Assembly: GCA_011089965.1 (NCBI GenBank)
Contig: JAANAU010000002.1
Span: forward strand, 72,682-104,681
Reading direction: 5' to 3'
Length of the DNA: 32,000 nt
Origin: Magnetococcales bacterium
GTDB taxonomy: Bacteria > Pseudomonadota > Magnetococcia > Magnetococcales > Magnetaquicoccaceae
In this document: piece by piece, positions 25,804 to 32,000 of the stretch
Position numbering within the stretch: the stretch's first letter is position 1
How the letters are laid out: the number at the start of each line of letters is the position of its first letter
Made by a program: the position numbers and the translations under genes
The notes under the pieces: generated by a model
Told to the model about the DNA's origin: nothing
Database searches by the model: none
Seen by the model: the letters and a program-made list of their open reading frames with translations, nothing else

Positions 25804-25816
25804 GGTGCAGATCACT

Positions 25817-25891
25817 GCCGCTTTAGCTCAGGGGTAGAGCAGCTCACTCGTAATGAGCAGGTCCTCGGTTCAATTCCGAGAAGCGGCTCCA
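25817..25891 (+). tRNA. tRNA-Thr (anticodon CGU)
   Basis: Sequence is GCCGCTTTAGCTCAGGGGTAGAGCAGCTCACTCGTAATGAGCAGGTCCTCGGTTCAATTCCGAGAAGCGGCTCCA. Acceptor GCCGCTT pairs with AAGCGGC, the anticodon loop is CTCGTAA, and CCA is encoded. Confidence 0.93.
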
Positions 25892-25902
25892 GAAAAATAA
25901 AC

Positions 25903-25934
25903 GGCTTGGACGGTTTTCTGTCCAGGCCTTTTTT
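25903..25934 (+). terminator. Rho-independent terminator after tRNA-Thr
   Basis: GGCTTGGAC, an 8 nt loop, then GTCCAGGCC (9 bp stem with one G-U), followed by TTTTTT. Confidence 0.75.
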
Positions 25935-26148
25935 ATAAAGTGATGATGGCACTGCCTCTCAGAATGCGACGAGTGAGTCGCGCCACCCGTCCGCGCGCAC
26001 AGTCCTTTTATTACTTGACTCATTAAATTTTGGGAACCATGAAGCCGTCAGGGTGGAGGGGATGTTAAACATTTTTTTGTCATTAGGGTCCGATCCTGTG
26101 CTAGATGGTGTCGAACTTTCTTGCTGCCTTTGGATTGGAGAAAAAATC

Positions 26149-26409
26149 ATGAGCACTGCCGTGACGTTCGATACGCTCAAATTCGTGGAGACGCTCAAGG
26201 CGTCGGGGGTTGCCGATCCGCAGGCCAAGGCCATGGCCACCGCCATCCAGGAGGCACAACAATCCAACCTGAGTGCGCAGGTCACAAAACACGACCTGGA
26301 GAAAGAACTCACTCCCATTCGCACCGATCTGGCGGTCATCAAATGGATGCTGGCGCTGATCATCATCGTGACCGTCCCGCCTGCTCTGAAAACCCTGCTG
26401 GGCGGATGA
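26149..26409 (+). CDS. DUF1640-type small coiled-coil protein with C-terminal hydrophobic helix
   Basis: ORF 26053..26409 trimmed to ATG at 26149 (GGAG 8 nt upstream). MSTAVTFDTLKFVETLKASGVADPQAKAMATAIQEA...DLAVIKWMLALIIIVTV resembles my recollection of the DUF1640 family (FDT.KFV..L...G....QAEA). The family call is from memory, not a search. Confidence 0.65.
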   Translation: MSTAVTFDTLKFVETLKASGVADPQAKAMATAIQEAQQSNLSAQVTKHDLEKELTPIRTDLAVIKWMLALIIIVTVPPALKTLLGG

Positions 26410-26444
26410 CCCGCATCGGAACATTCCGGTCACCTTGTCCGAAC

Positions 26445-26555
26445 AAATCTTCGTTTTATTACCGTTCCCGATTGGTGGATGAGGCGGATCTGGAGTTGAT
26501 GAGGTTGATTGATGAGCCATTTTTGAATGGCGCATGCCCGGCCCAGACCAGGTGA
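26445..26555 (+). pseudogene. Fragment of an IS3-family transposase (OrfB N-terminal HTH-like region), non-functional remnant
   Basis: The frame reads KSSFYYRSRLVDEADLELMRLIDEPFLNGA and then stops. It matches the conserved (S)RS.(F/Y)YY....(S/D)E.DL.LM..IDE..L..PF.G segment that precedes the rve domain in IS3-family OrfB. No OrfA, no DDE domain and no inverted repeats are seen. Confidence 0.6.
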
Positions 26556-26579
26556 TTCCTGTGCCCATCAAACCACCCC

Positions 26580-28643
26580 TCAACCCGCCACAACCGTCAA
26601 ATAAGGGGCAATCTCCACGTCATCGATCTGCCTGGGATCCAAAAATTTGTCCGCATACTGCCGATAGACCCCGCTTTTCAAGAAAATCTCGAACAGATCC
26701 GGGTCGATGTGTCCATCTTTTTTCATGAATCCCATGATCTTGATCGCCTGACTCAAGGTTTTCGGCTCCTTGTAGGGGCGATCCGTGGCAGTCAAGGCCT
26801 CAAAGACATCGGCAATGGCCATGATGCGGGCCGGAACCGACATCTGCTCCCGTTGCAGCTTGCGCGGATAACCCGTTCCCAGCATGGTCTCATGATGCGC
26901 ACCCGCAAACTCCGGAACCCGTTTCATCGTGTCCGGGAAAGGGAGATTCTCCAGCATGGCCAGGGTCTGAACCACATGCTCGTTGATCTTGTACCGCTCC
27001 TCAAACGTCAACGTACCCCGCTCGATGCAGAGATTATAGACCTCACCCATATTGTACAGATGCTCCGGAACAGGCATCTGAATCCCCAAAAGACGATCAC
27101 GCTCCCGGGTGTCACGCTCCCGGGGCACAATATGCTCCGACTTGTCCGCCAGCAATGCCTCGGCCACAGGCAAGGGTTGTGAGACTCCGGTCCTGCGTTT
27201 CATCTCCATATGGGACAGCCCCAATGAATCGTCAAAATAGCGCATCCAGGTACGCTGGGCCAAACTGCGGACCCGCTCCTTGTCTGCCGGGGTCATGAAC
27301 TCACCCCCCACATTGGCGCGTGCAATGAAAGCAAACTCCTCTTGCAACCGGGCCTGATGCTCTGCCAATTCGTGTTGCAATTCCGCTCGATCCGCTCCTT
27401 CGGCCATCATGGCATGCAGACACCGAATCTCCGCATCCCGATGCAACACCTCAAAACGCATGCGAATCTCGTGAATCCGATTGTAGATTCCCTCCAGTTT
27501 GGTCGCCTTGTCCACCACATATTCCGGGGTGGTCACCTTGCCACAGTCGTGCAACCAGGAGGCGATCCGCATCTCCTGAAGCTCATCTTCATTCATGGTG
27601 AAATCGGCGAAGCCCGGATGTTCCGTGTCACACACGGCCTGGGCCAGCAACCTTGCCAACTCCGGAACCCGTTCACAGTGACCGCCCGTATACGGCGACT
27701 TGGCGTCAATGGCCGCTGCGATCAAACGGATGAAGGCATCAAACAGATCTTTCTGGGCCTGCAACAACAACTGGTTATCCAAAGTCATGGCTGCCTGGGC
27801 AGCCAATGCCTCGACAAAGGTCACCACCTCCGGATCAAACGGAATCACCTTGCCGGTCACCGGATCCGTGGCATTGATCAACTGCATCACCCCGATCACC
27901 TTGCCCTGGCGCGGCTTCAACGGCACGGTCAAAAAGGATTGGGAACGATAGCCGGTGCCCCGGTCAAACTGTCGCACCCCGGAGAAATCAAACTCGTGTG
28001 AATCATAGGCATCGGCAATCACCACGGTTTCGGCCTGATTGACCGCATAGGTGGCCACATTCTTCAGGTTGGGGGTACCATCCGATTTCAGCAATGGAAC
28101 AGCCGGCATGAAAACCGGTTTGTGACCTGCTCCGCCCATGGCAATCTTCAAAGAGTCGGTCCGCACAATCGTAAAACGCAGAAAATCATCCTTGGTCCGC
28201 AGATACAGAGTACCTGCATCGGCATGGGTCAATGCCTTGCCTCCCAGCAGGATGTTTTCCAACAAGGCATCGATATCCCGCTCCTGGGCCAATGAGACCC
28301 CCAGCTCCACCAGTTTCTGCAACTTCTCCTGGGTGCGCACCAGATCCGCCGTGCGACGCCGCACGGTCTCCTCCAGGGTTTCGGCGTGCTTTTCCAGGGT
28401 TTTGTGTGCTTTTTGCAGATCTTTTTGCTGTTGTTCGATCTGCTGATGGGCCAGTTTGACCCGCTGCTCGTTGCGCTCACTCATGCGCAGGATCTTTTGT
28501 GTCCCTTTGAATTGCTTCTCATAGGCTTTCAGCAACCCTGCCAATCCGGCATGCAGCTCTTCGGTCGAGGCATCGCGGCGTTCCAGCAGGGCCGCAGCCT
28601 TGGCCATCACCGCACTCTCACCCTCAAAAAGGTCAAAACTCAT
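26580..28643 (-). CDS. GAF domain / HD-GYP domain protein (putative c-di-GMP phosphodiesterase) with N-terminal coiled coil
   Basis: 687 aa. Residues about 50-115 are heptad-rich. Residues about 120-295 look GAF-like (ADAGTLYLR...GVMQLINA). HD-GYP signatures are GGHCERV, WLHDCGKV (HD at 365-366), and HHETMLGTGYP (583-593). AAAGGTGA Shine-Dalgarno lies upstream. Confidence 0.85.
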   Translation of the reverse strand: MSFDLFEGESAVMAKAAALLERRDASTEELHAGLAGLLKAYEKQFKGTQKILRMSERNEQRVKLAHQQIEQQQKDLQKAHKTLEKHAETLEETVRRRTADLVRTQEKLQKLVELGVSLAQERDIDALLENILLGGKALTHADAGTLYLRTKDDFLRFTIVRTDSLKIAMGGAGHKPVFMPAVPLLKSDGTPNLKNVATYAVNQAETVVIADAYDSHEFDFSGVRQFDRGTGYRSQSFLTVPLKPRQGKVIGVMQLINATDPVTGKVIPFDPEVVTFVEALAAQAAMTLDNQLLLQAQKDLFDAFIRLIAAAIDAKSPYTGGHCERVPELARLLAQAVCDTEHPGFADFTMNEDELQEMRIASWLHDCGKVTTPEYVVDKATKLEGIYNRIHEIRMRFEVLHRDAEIRCLHAMMAEGADRAELQHELAEHQARLQEEFAFIARANVGGEFMTPADKERVRSLAQRTWMRYFDDSLGLSHMEMKRRTGVSQPLPVAEALLADKSEHIVPRERDTRERDRLLGIQMPVPEHLYNMGEVYNLCIERGTLTFEERYKINEHVVQTLAMLENLPFPDTMKRVPEFAGAHHETMLGTGYPRKLQREQMSVPARIMAIADVFEALTATDRPYKEPKTLSQAIKIMGFMKKDGHIDPDLFEIFLKSGVYRQYADKFLDPRQIDDVEIAPYLTVVAG

Positions 28644-28757
28644 GGCGCTTCACCTTTCGCAGCACACCGTGCCGAATATAATATGGGATTCAATCCAGAC
28701 GGCTATCATACGCGCAAATCCGTTCATCGCAAACCATCTTCCCAAACGGCACACAAC

Positions 28758-28991
28758 ATGTCCGACTCTGACTCTGCTCTTTCTGATCAACGCCCGCGTC
28801 CACGGATACCCAGACGCACCTTTCCACCCTGCATGGTCTGTCATGCGGATCCGGGTTTCACCTGGCATTGTCTCTGCGGTGTTGCCTTCTGCACCGACTG
28901 TTTAAACCGCAACAACGATCTGTGGATGGGTGGGGGACGAAGCTGGCGTTGTCCGCAATGCGGCAAAGAGCATCTCGGACCCAATCGATAA
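28758..28991 (+). CDS. Small (77 aa) eight-cysteine, RING-like / binuclear zinc-finger protein, hypothetical
   Basis: The C-terminal part of ORF 28386..28991, whose long N-terminal extension overlaps the HD-GYP gene and is rejected. From ATG 28758 it reads MSDSDSALSDQRPRPRIPRRTFPPCMVCHADPGFTWHCLCGVAFCTDCLNRNNDLWMGGGRSWRCPQCGKEHLGPNR. A perfect TATAAT at 28677-28682 would place a transcription start before this ATG. An alternative ATG lies at 28683. There is no obvious Shine-Dalgarno. Confidence 0.5.
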   Translation: MSDSDSALSDQRPRPRIPRRTFPPCMVCHADPGFTWHCLCGVAFCTDCLNRNNDLWMGGGRSWRCPQCGKEHLGPNR

Positions 28992-28993
28992 CC

Positions 28994-29029
28994 AAAAAAA
29001 ACAGGTCCGGACACAACATCCCGGACCTG
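28994..29029 (-). terminator. Rho-independent terminator ending the dsr transcription unit
   Basis: The minus-strand RNA has CAGGUCCGG, a 10 nt loop, then CCGGACCUG (perfect 9 bp stem), followed by UUUUUUUU. It starts 21 nt after the stop of the 29051 ORF. Confidence 0.85.
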
Positions 29030-29050
29030 CTTGTCACGGCACACCCCGTT

Positions 29051-29443
29051 TCAAACCGTCAACATCCGCATCCCTGCCAGCACCGGTTCCCAGGTGGAAA
29101 CGGGTTTGTTGAGACGCTTTTCCACCAATACGGCAAAATAGACCGCACCCTCGGCATAACGCAGATCACCACGTTCCAAAGCTGCCTTGGCCTTTTCACC
29201 CTGCACGGCACACTCCTCTCCAGCCTCTGCCACACAACGCCAATAGGCCAATGCCTCCTGACGATTCACAAAACGGACAGGCTGCGCCCGGGCCTCGGCC
29301 AACGATGCCACCCGCACCCCCTGGCGGCCAAAGGTCATGGTCCAGCCACTCTCAGCCCAGTGACGCGCCTCATCCATGGCCCGCTCCAAACGTTCGATCA
29401 TCTCCGACTTGTTCATGGTCACGCGCTCCTCATCCCTTCTCAA
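29051..29443 (-). CDS. Hypothetical protein (121-130 aa) co-transcribed downstream of dsrL
   Basis: The ATG at 29443 forms an ATGA overlap with the dsrL stop. An alternative ATG at 29416 is preceded by GAGGAG at 9 nt. The sequence is MNKSEMIERLERAMDEARHWAESGW...WRCVAEAGEECAVQGEKAKAALERGDLRYAEG..., and I recognise no family. Confidence 0.6.
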   Translation of the reverse strand: MRRDEERVTMNKSEMIERLERAMDEARHWAESGWTMTFGRQGVRVASLAEARAQPVRFVNRQEALAYWRCVAEAGEECAVQGEKAKAALERGDLRYAEGAVYFAVLVEKRLNKPVSTWEPVLAGMRMLTV

Positions 29444-31170
29444 TCCATGCCCATGTCAATGTAACCGGTGGGACAGATCTCGGCACAGATGTGACACCCC
29501 ACACACTGCTCATAATAGGTGAACATCACCTCCCCTTCGGGATTGCCCACAAATCGGGTGATGGCGTGCTGGGGACAAAACAACATGCACTGGTTGCACT
29601 CGAAACACAGACCACAACTCATGCACCGTCCTGCCTCGCTCTCGGCCTGGGCGCGCGTCAAGGGGACCAACACCTCACGCCAGGAGCCTTTGACCTCGTG
29701 GGGATGGTCCAAAGTCCGCTTCTGTTGTGGTGCCGGTACGAAATAATCCGATTTGAGCTTCTCAAAACGAATCACATCGCGCCGCACCGGTTTGGCAGGC
29801 AGAGGCTTGCCCTGAAGCAATAAATCCATGGACTCGGCAGCCTTGCGACCATGTCCGATGGCCGTGGTCAACAAGGTGATGCTGACCGCATCCCCTCCCC
29901 CAAAAAGATTCGACCACCCCGCGATCTGCTGATTGTGATCCACCTTGAGCCAGGGAGTCCCACCGGTTGCCTGCTCCAAACCGGTCACGTCCGTGGCCTG
30001 CCCAATGGCCGCCACCACCTGATCCACCTCCAACACAAATTCGGTCCCTGGCTGCGGTTTGAACCGGAAGAAGGGGATCGGATGGTTCCACCCCTCCTCG
30101 CCCTGGGACTTCCTGACCATTTGGATGCATTGCAAACCCGTGACCTGCGCTCCCTCCCGCTGCACGATCTGACTCCCCGTGGCATAGAGCATGCGCACCC
30201 CTTCGGCCACTGCCTCCTCGAACTCATAAGTGGAACACTTCATCTCCGCGCGCGGCACCCCGGAGACCAACGTGGCCCGGGATCCCAAACGCAAGGCCAG
30301 CCGGGCCACATCCATGGCCACATCCCCATCACCGATCACCGCCACATGACGACCAATCGGCATGGCCTCACCCTGCTGCTCAAAGGTGCGCAGAAAATCA
30401 ATGGCATTGGTGACATTCGGACCATCGGCACCCGGAATCGGCAGCCCCCGCCCTTTCTGTGCCCCGACGGCCAGAAAGACCGCCGCATACTCCCGGCACA
30501 ACTGCTCCAGACTCACATCCCGACCCACCCGCACCCCGCATCGCAACTCCACACCCAGATCGAGGATCCGTTGACACTCCGCCTCCAACACCTCCCGGCT
30601 CACCCGATACCCCATGATGCCATAGCGCATCATGCCACCAGGTTTGTCATTGGCTTCCAGGATCACCACATCGTGACCGCGCCGGGCCAGATGATAGGCA
30701 CACGAAAATCCCCCCGGTCCGGCCCCCACAACCGCAACCTTCTTGCCACTCTTTTGGGCCGGTTTGGGAAAGGCCAACCTGTGCTCGATGGCATACTCGC
30801 CAATGAGCTGCTCAATGGCATTGATGTGAATGGTCTCGTCGCGATGTTGACGATTGCAGGCCCCCTGACAGGGCGCCGGACAAACCCGTCCCATCACGGC
30901 TGGAAACGGATTGGTTTGGGTCAAACGCCGGAAGGCCGCCTCCCAACGATCCGGACCCGCTTTCCACACCCCGCGAATCAGATTGTGATACCCGCGAATA
31001 TCCTCGCCTGCCGGACAGGCATGACTGCACGGCGGCACCCGCTCCACATAGGTGGGACATTTGCCGCTGCGGTCACCATAGGCCACCACGCGCTCCAGCC
31101 CCTCCTCCACAACATAGGGATTGAACACCCAATCTATGGCAGATTGGTACATCGGATTGGTTGCGATCAT
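29440..31170 (-). CDS. dsrL: DsrL-type NAD(P)H:acceptor oxidoreductase (GltD-like flavoprotein with C-terminal 2x[4Fe-4S] ferredoxin domain)
   Basis: ORF 29440..31185 (TTG start) trimmed to ATG at 31170 (GAGAGG upstream). It has N-terminal Cys clusters (CSHACPAGE, CPAPCQGAC), a FAD fold VAVVGAGPGGFSCAYHLARRGHDVVILE, and a second dinucleotide fold VAVIGDGDVAMDVA. The C-terminus has CMSCGLCFECNQC...CP and CVGCHICAEICP. It lies immediately downstream of dsrB. Confidence 0.8.
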   Translation of the reverse strand: MIATNPMYQSAIDWVFNPYVVEEGLERVVAYGDRSGKCPTYVERVPPCSHACPAGEDIRGYHNLIRGVWKAGPDRWEAAFRRLTQTNPFPAVMGRVCPAPCQGACNRQHRDETIHINAIEQLIGEYAIEHRLAFPKPAQKSGKKVAVVGAGPGGFSCAYHLARRGHDVVILEANDKPGGMMRYGIMGYRVSREVLEAECQRILDLGVELRCGVRVGRDVSLEQLCREYAAVFLAVGAQKGRGLPIPGADGPNVTNAIDFLRTFEQQGEAMPIGRHVAVIGDGDVAMDVARLALRLGSRATLVSGVPRAEMKCSTYEFEEAVAEGVRMLYATGSQIVQREGAQVTGLQCIQMVRKSQGEEGWNHPIPFFRFKPQPGTEFVLEVDQVVAAIGQATDVTGLEQATGGTPWLKVDHNQQIAGWSNLFGGGDAVSITLLTTAIGHGRKAAESMDLLLQGKPLPAKPVRRDVIRFEKLKSDYFVPAPQQKRTLDHPHEVKGSWREVLVPLTRAQAESEAGRCMSCGLCFECNQCMLFCPQHAITRFVGNPEGEVMFTYYEQCVGCHICAEICPTGYIDMGMD

Positions 31171-31181
31171 GGCGCCTCTCT

Positions 31182-32000
31182 TCAAAACCGGATGTGGGCC
31201 GACTGGTTGAAAGAGAGACGCGCATGACGATAGTTATCAATCATGAACTTGTCAAACGGCAACCCGGTCTCCTCGAAAAACCGCCTCCAACCAATCCGCT
31301 CGATCCACTCCCCCAACCGCTCCCAATCCCGACCTCCAGCCTTGTAGGCTGCCAGGATCCGTTGCAACAGTTCGCTCACCTCGGGCCAACGTGGCGGGTT
31401 GTTGGGCAGACCATGGGCCACCAGTTTCATGTTGGCGGGTTTGGAGCGGGCATTGGAGTTCTTGCCGCCCACCCAGATGGCCAGCTTGGAGTGTTCGGGG
31501 TGGTTGATCTCCATGGCCGGACAGGCCCCGAAACAGGCACCACAATAGATGCACTTCTCCTCGACCACCATCAAAGAAGGCTTGCCATTGACCGTGGTCG
31601 GACGAATGGCTGCCACCGGACAGCGGGCCACGGTACTGGGCATTTCACACACATTGGCCAGGATCTCGTGGTTGATGCGCGGCGGACGGGTGTGCTGCAC
31701 CACCACCGCAATATCGGCCTGCCCCCCACAGTTGATCTCGCAACACGAGGTGGTCAAACGTACCCGGTTGGGCATCTCCTCGCGCACAAAATCTTCAAAC
31801 AGAGCATCCATGATGCTCTTGGCAACCCCCGAGGCATCGACTGCCGGAATGTCGCAGTGCAGCCAACCCTGGGTATGGGCAATGGCGCTCACCGATGGAC
31901 CGGTCCCGCCCACCGGATGACCCGCCGCCTCCAAAGCCGCAATCAAAGGGTCGATATTGGCGGCATGCGGGGTCATGAACTCCACATTGTTGCGCACGGT
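31182..32000 (-). CDS. dsrB: Dissimilatory sulfite reductase beta subunit, C-terminal ~272 codons (gene continues past right edge)
   Basis: AHTQGWLHCDIPAVDASGVAKSIMDALFEDF, TTSCCEINCGG, the ferredoxin insert CPVAAI...CIYCGACFGACP and ERLGEWIERIGWRRFFEETGL match my recollection of DsrB. The ORF-track GTG at 31997 is only the first in-window start, and the frame is open to the edge. DsrA cannot be fully excluded without alignment. Confidence 0.75.
   Translation of the reverse strand, partial: TVRNNVEFMTPHAANIDPLIAALEAAGHPVGGTGPSVSAIAHTQGWLHCDIPAVDASGVAKSIMDALFEDFVREEMPNRVRLTTSCCEINCGGQADIAVVVQHTRPPRINHEILANVCEMPSTVARCPVAAIRPTTVNGKPSLMVVEEKCIYCGACFGACPAMEINHPEHSKLAIWVGGKNSNARSKPANMKLVAHGLPNNPPRWPEVSELLQRILAAYKAGGRDWERLGEWIERIGWRRFFEETGLPFDKFMIDNYRHARLSFNQSAHIRF

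Noticed and set aside
25084-25815. 243 aa minus-strand ORF opposite the peroxiredoxin gene.
   Set aside because: It is antisense to a peroxiredoxin with both catalytic Cys motifs intact. It has no start context or family resemblance.
25959-26583. Minus-strand ORFs 25959..26366 and 26101..26583, and plus-strand ORF 26121..26555, overlapping the DUF1640 gene.
   Set aside because: Their composition is odd and they have no ribosome-binding sites. The only meaningful part of the 26121..26555 frame is its last roughly 30 codons, reported as the IS3 transposase fragment. The DUF1640 frame has a GGAG Shine-Dalgarno and a coherent coiled-coil plus TM architecture.
28386-28757. N-terminal 124 codons of ORF 28386..28991 (extension of the RING-like ORF).
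   Set aside because: This part overlaps the 5' end of the well-supported GAF/HD-GYP gene on the opposite strand and translates to hydrophobic low-complexity sequence. Only the portion downstream of the intergenic region (from ATG 28758, or possibly 28683) is plausible.
25900-29050. Possibility that the whole tRNA-Thr-proximal segment is a discrete genomic island or defence island.
   Set aside because: I found no integrase, no direct repeat of the tRNA 3' end and no intact mobile element. I also found no defence-type genes such as nucleases, ATPases, TA pairs or CRISPR. Only the IS3 stump hints at past mobility, so I report it as a scar rather than an island.

Overview
About three quarters of the window (1-24361) is one uninterrupted minus-strand block of core transcription and translation genes in the classic bacterial order. 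In transcription order it runs tRNA-Tyr, tRNA-Gly, tRNA-Thr, tuf (copy 2), rpmG, tRNA-Trp, secE, nusG, rplK, rplA, rplJ, rplL, rpoB, rpoC, rpsL, rpsG, fusA, tuf (copy 1). It continues with the S10 operon (rpsJ rplC rplD rplW rplB rpsS rplV rpsC rplP rpmC rpsQ) and the start of the spc operon (rplN rplX rplE), with rplE running off the left edge. Two genes absent from the ORF track were found by hand translation: rpmG and the rplE fragment. I trimmed several ORF-track starts (rplN, rpsJ, rpsL, rpoC, rplJ, nusG, dsrL, DUF1640) using homologous N-termini and Shine-Dalgarno spacing. The right-hand 7.6 kb is the only accessory-looking part. It holds an XRE-HTH/cupin regulator divergent from a 2-Cys peroxiredoxin, tRNA-Thr(CGU), a DUF1640-type gene, a roughly 30-codon IS3-family transposase fragment, a GAF/HD-GYP protein, and a small 8-cysteine RING-like ORF. 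It ends with the tail of a dissimilatory sulfite reductase operon: dsrB (partial), dsrL, an unassigned 121-130 aa ORF and a strong terminator. I see no CRISPR array, no intact mobile element and no recognisable multi-gene defence or otherwise novel system. The most unusual items are modest. They are the RING-like mini-protein, the orphan ORF coupled to dsrL, the HD-GYP domain split by a long insertion, and two tuf paralogs that have clearly diverged. The very long plus-strand ORFs opposite rpoB, rpoC, fusA and tuf are codon-bias artefacts. The proteins look proteobacterial and sulfur-oxidising. A Magnetococcus-like origin is only a guess that needs a database search.
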